From Dehalococcoidia bacterium (GTDB lineage: Bacteria; Chloroflexota; Dehalococcoidia; Bin125), in NCBI GenBank assembly GCA_963663235.2, contig CAXXNO010000004.1:224001-288000 (forward strand): a DNA stretch of 64,000 nucleotides, written 5' to 3'. The notes beneath the pieces are model-generated. The model had not been told where the DNA came from. It worked only from the letters and a program-made list of their open reading frames with translations, and made no database searches. Of the stretch, positions 63,030 to 64,000 are shown one piece after another. How positions within the stretch are numbered: the first letter of the stretch is position 1; the number at the start of each line of letters is the position of its first letter. The position numbers were made by a program, and so were the translations under genes.

Positions 63030-64000
63030 CCAGGCTCCACTGGGGATCGGGCTCGGAGACCTCCTCCTGGCGGAGGAGCAGATCCTCGAACTTGGCGGTG
63101 ATTTTGACGAAGCGGAGATGCACGTTGCCCGTGGGGCCGTTGCGATGCTTAGCCACGATGATCTGCGCCACGCCGGCGGGGTAGTGCGCTCCCGGCTCCC
63201 CGGGATGCAGATCCTCCCAGTCTTCCCGCTGGACGTACATGTCCTCGCGGTAGATGAAGAGGACCACGTCGGCGTCCTGCTCAATGGAGCCGCTCTCGCG
63301 CAGGTCGCTGAGGAGGGGGATGTGCGGCTGGCGCGCCTCGACGGCGCGGGAGAGCTGGGAGATGGCCAAGACGGGCAGTTTGAGCTCGCGCGCCAGCTCC
63401 TTGAGCGAGCGCGAGATGTAGCTGATCTCGGCCACGCGGTTGTTCTCGTTGCCGAAGCCGGTGTGCATCAGTTGCAGATGGTCGACGACCAGCAGGTCCA
63501 GCCCGACTTCCATGGCCAAGCGCCGCGCCTTGGCGCGCAGCTCGGCGACGCTCATGCCGGGGGTGTCGTCGATGTAGATCTCGGCCTGCGAGAGGTTGCC
63601 GATGGCGCGGCTGATGAGCGCCTCCTCGGCCTCATTGTGGCGACCCCAGGGCAGCCGGTGCGAGTCGACGCCCGCCTCCGCCGACACCAGCCGCGCCGCC
63701 ACCTGCTCGGCGGACATCTCCAGACTGAAGAAGGCGACGCGGCCTTGCTGTCCCAGCGCCAGGTTGCGCGACATCGCGAGCGCCAGGGCGGACTTGCCGA
63801 CGGACGGCCGCGCGGCCAGCACGGTCAGGTCCGATCGCTTGAGCCCGTCGAGCAGCGAGTCGAGGTCGGAGAAGCCGGTGCGGGCGACATCGGTGAGACG
63901 GAGCTCATCCGATTCGGAGGGCGGGCTGAGGAAGCCCTCCAGCAGGTCGCGCAGCGGGACGAAGTCGCGCAGGCGCTCGCCGCCGCGCAGCTCCAGCAGC
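63010..64000 (-). CDS. dnaB: Replicative DNA helicase, C-terminal part (start beyond window)
   Basis: TGFSDLD, AARPSVGKS, FFSLEMS, LSDLRESGSIEQDAD and AKHRNGPTG. Confidence 0.97.
   Translation of the reverse strand, partial: LLELRGGERLRDFVPLRDLLEGFLSPPSESDELRLTDVARTGFSDLDSLLDGLKRSDLTVLAARPSVGKSALALAMSRNLALGQQGRVAFFSLEMSAEQVAARLVSAEAGVDSHRLPWGRHNEAEEALISRAIGNLSQAEIYIDDTPGMSVAELRAKARRLAMEVGLDLLVVDHLQLMHTGFGNENNRVAEISYISRSLKELARELKLPVLAISQLSRAVEARQPHIPLLSDLRESGSIEQDADVVLFIYREDMYVQREDWEDLHPGEPGAHYPAGVAQIIVAKHRNGPTGNVHLRFVKITAKFEDLLLRQEEVSEPDPQWSLDAFPND

Overview
High-GC bacterial chromosomal window. Gene order, a GAAC-N4-GTTC LexA box and a dnaB-DnaD-double-AAA+ cassette suggest Chloroflexota/Dehalococcoidia (inference). 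Most of it is core genome: 2-oxoacid dehydrogenase E1 alpha/beta, lexA, holA, tRNA-Sec, trxA/csoR, plsX, apt, a SAM-I riboswitch operon (mtnA-mtnP-GNAT-ahcY-metK), a ~22-kb str-S10-spc-alpha-truA-rplM/rpsI ribosomal supercluster, ccsA, a PIG-L/MshA-like/GNAT trio, folE, thrC, hom, rpsF-ssb-rpsR, glyA, comF, a moaD-moaE fusion and replication genes. The most unusual parts are four. (1) A ~10-kb cluster of secreted proteins beside selC (5.6-15.7 kb) that share a ~65-75 aa Trp-rich module fused to different cargos, including 33 His-Asp-Pro-x-x-Ser octapeptide repeats and a ZU5-like HFS autoproteolysis site. (2) A SecY with a ~135-aa loop insertion resembling flagellin/FliD IN domains. (3) Tandem-repeat low-complexity extensions on S5, S17, S18 and L29. 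(4) Absence of rpsN and rpmJ from the supercluster, and a CTG start on rplQ. Apparent frameshifts in repeats and homopolymers may be assembly errors. All calls are by eye; no searches were run.
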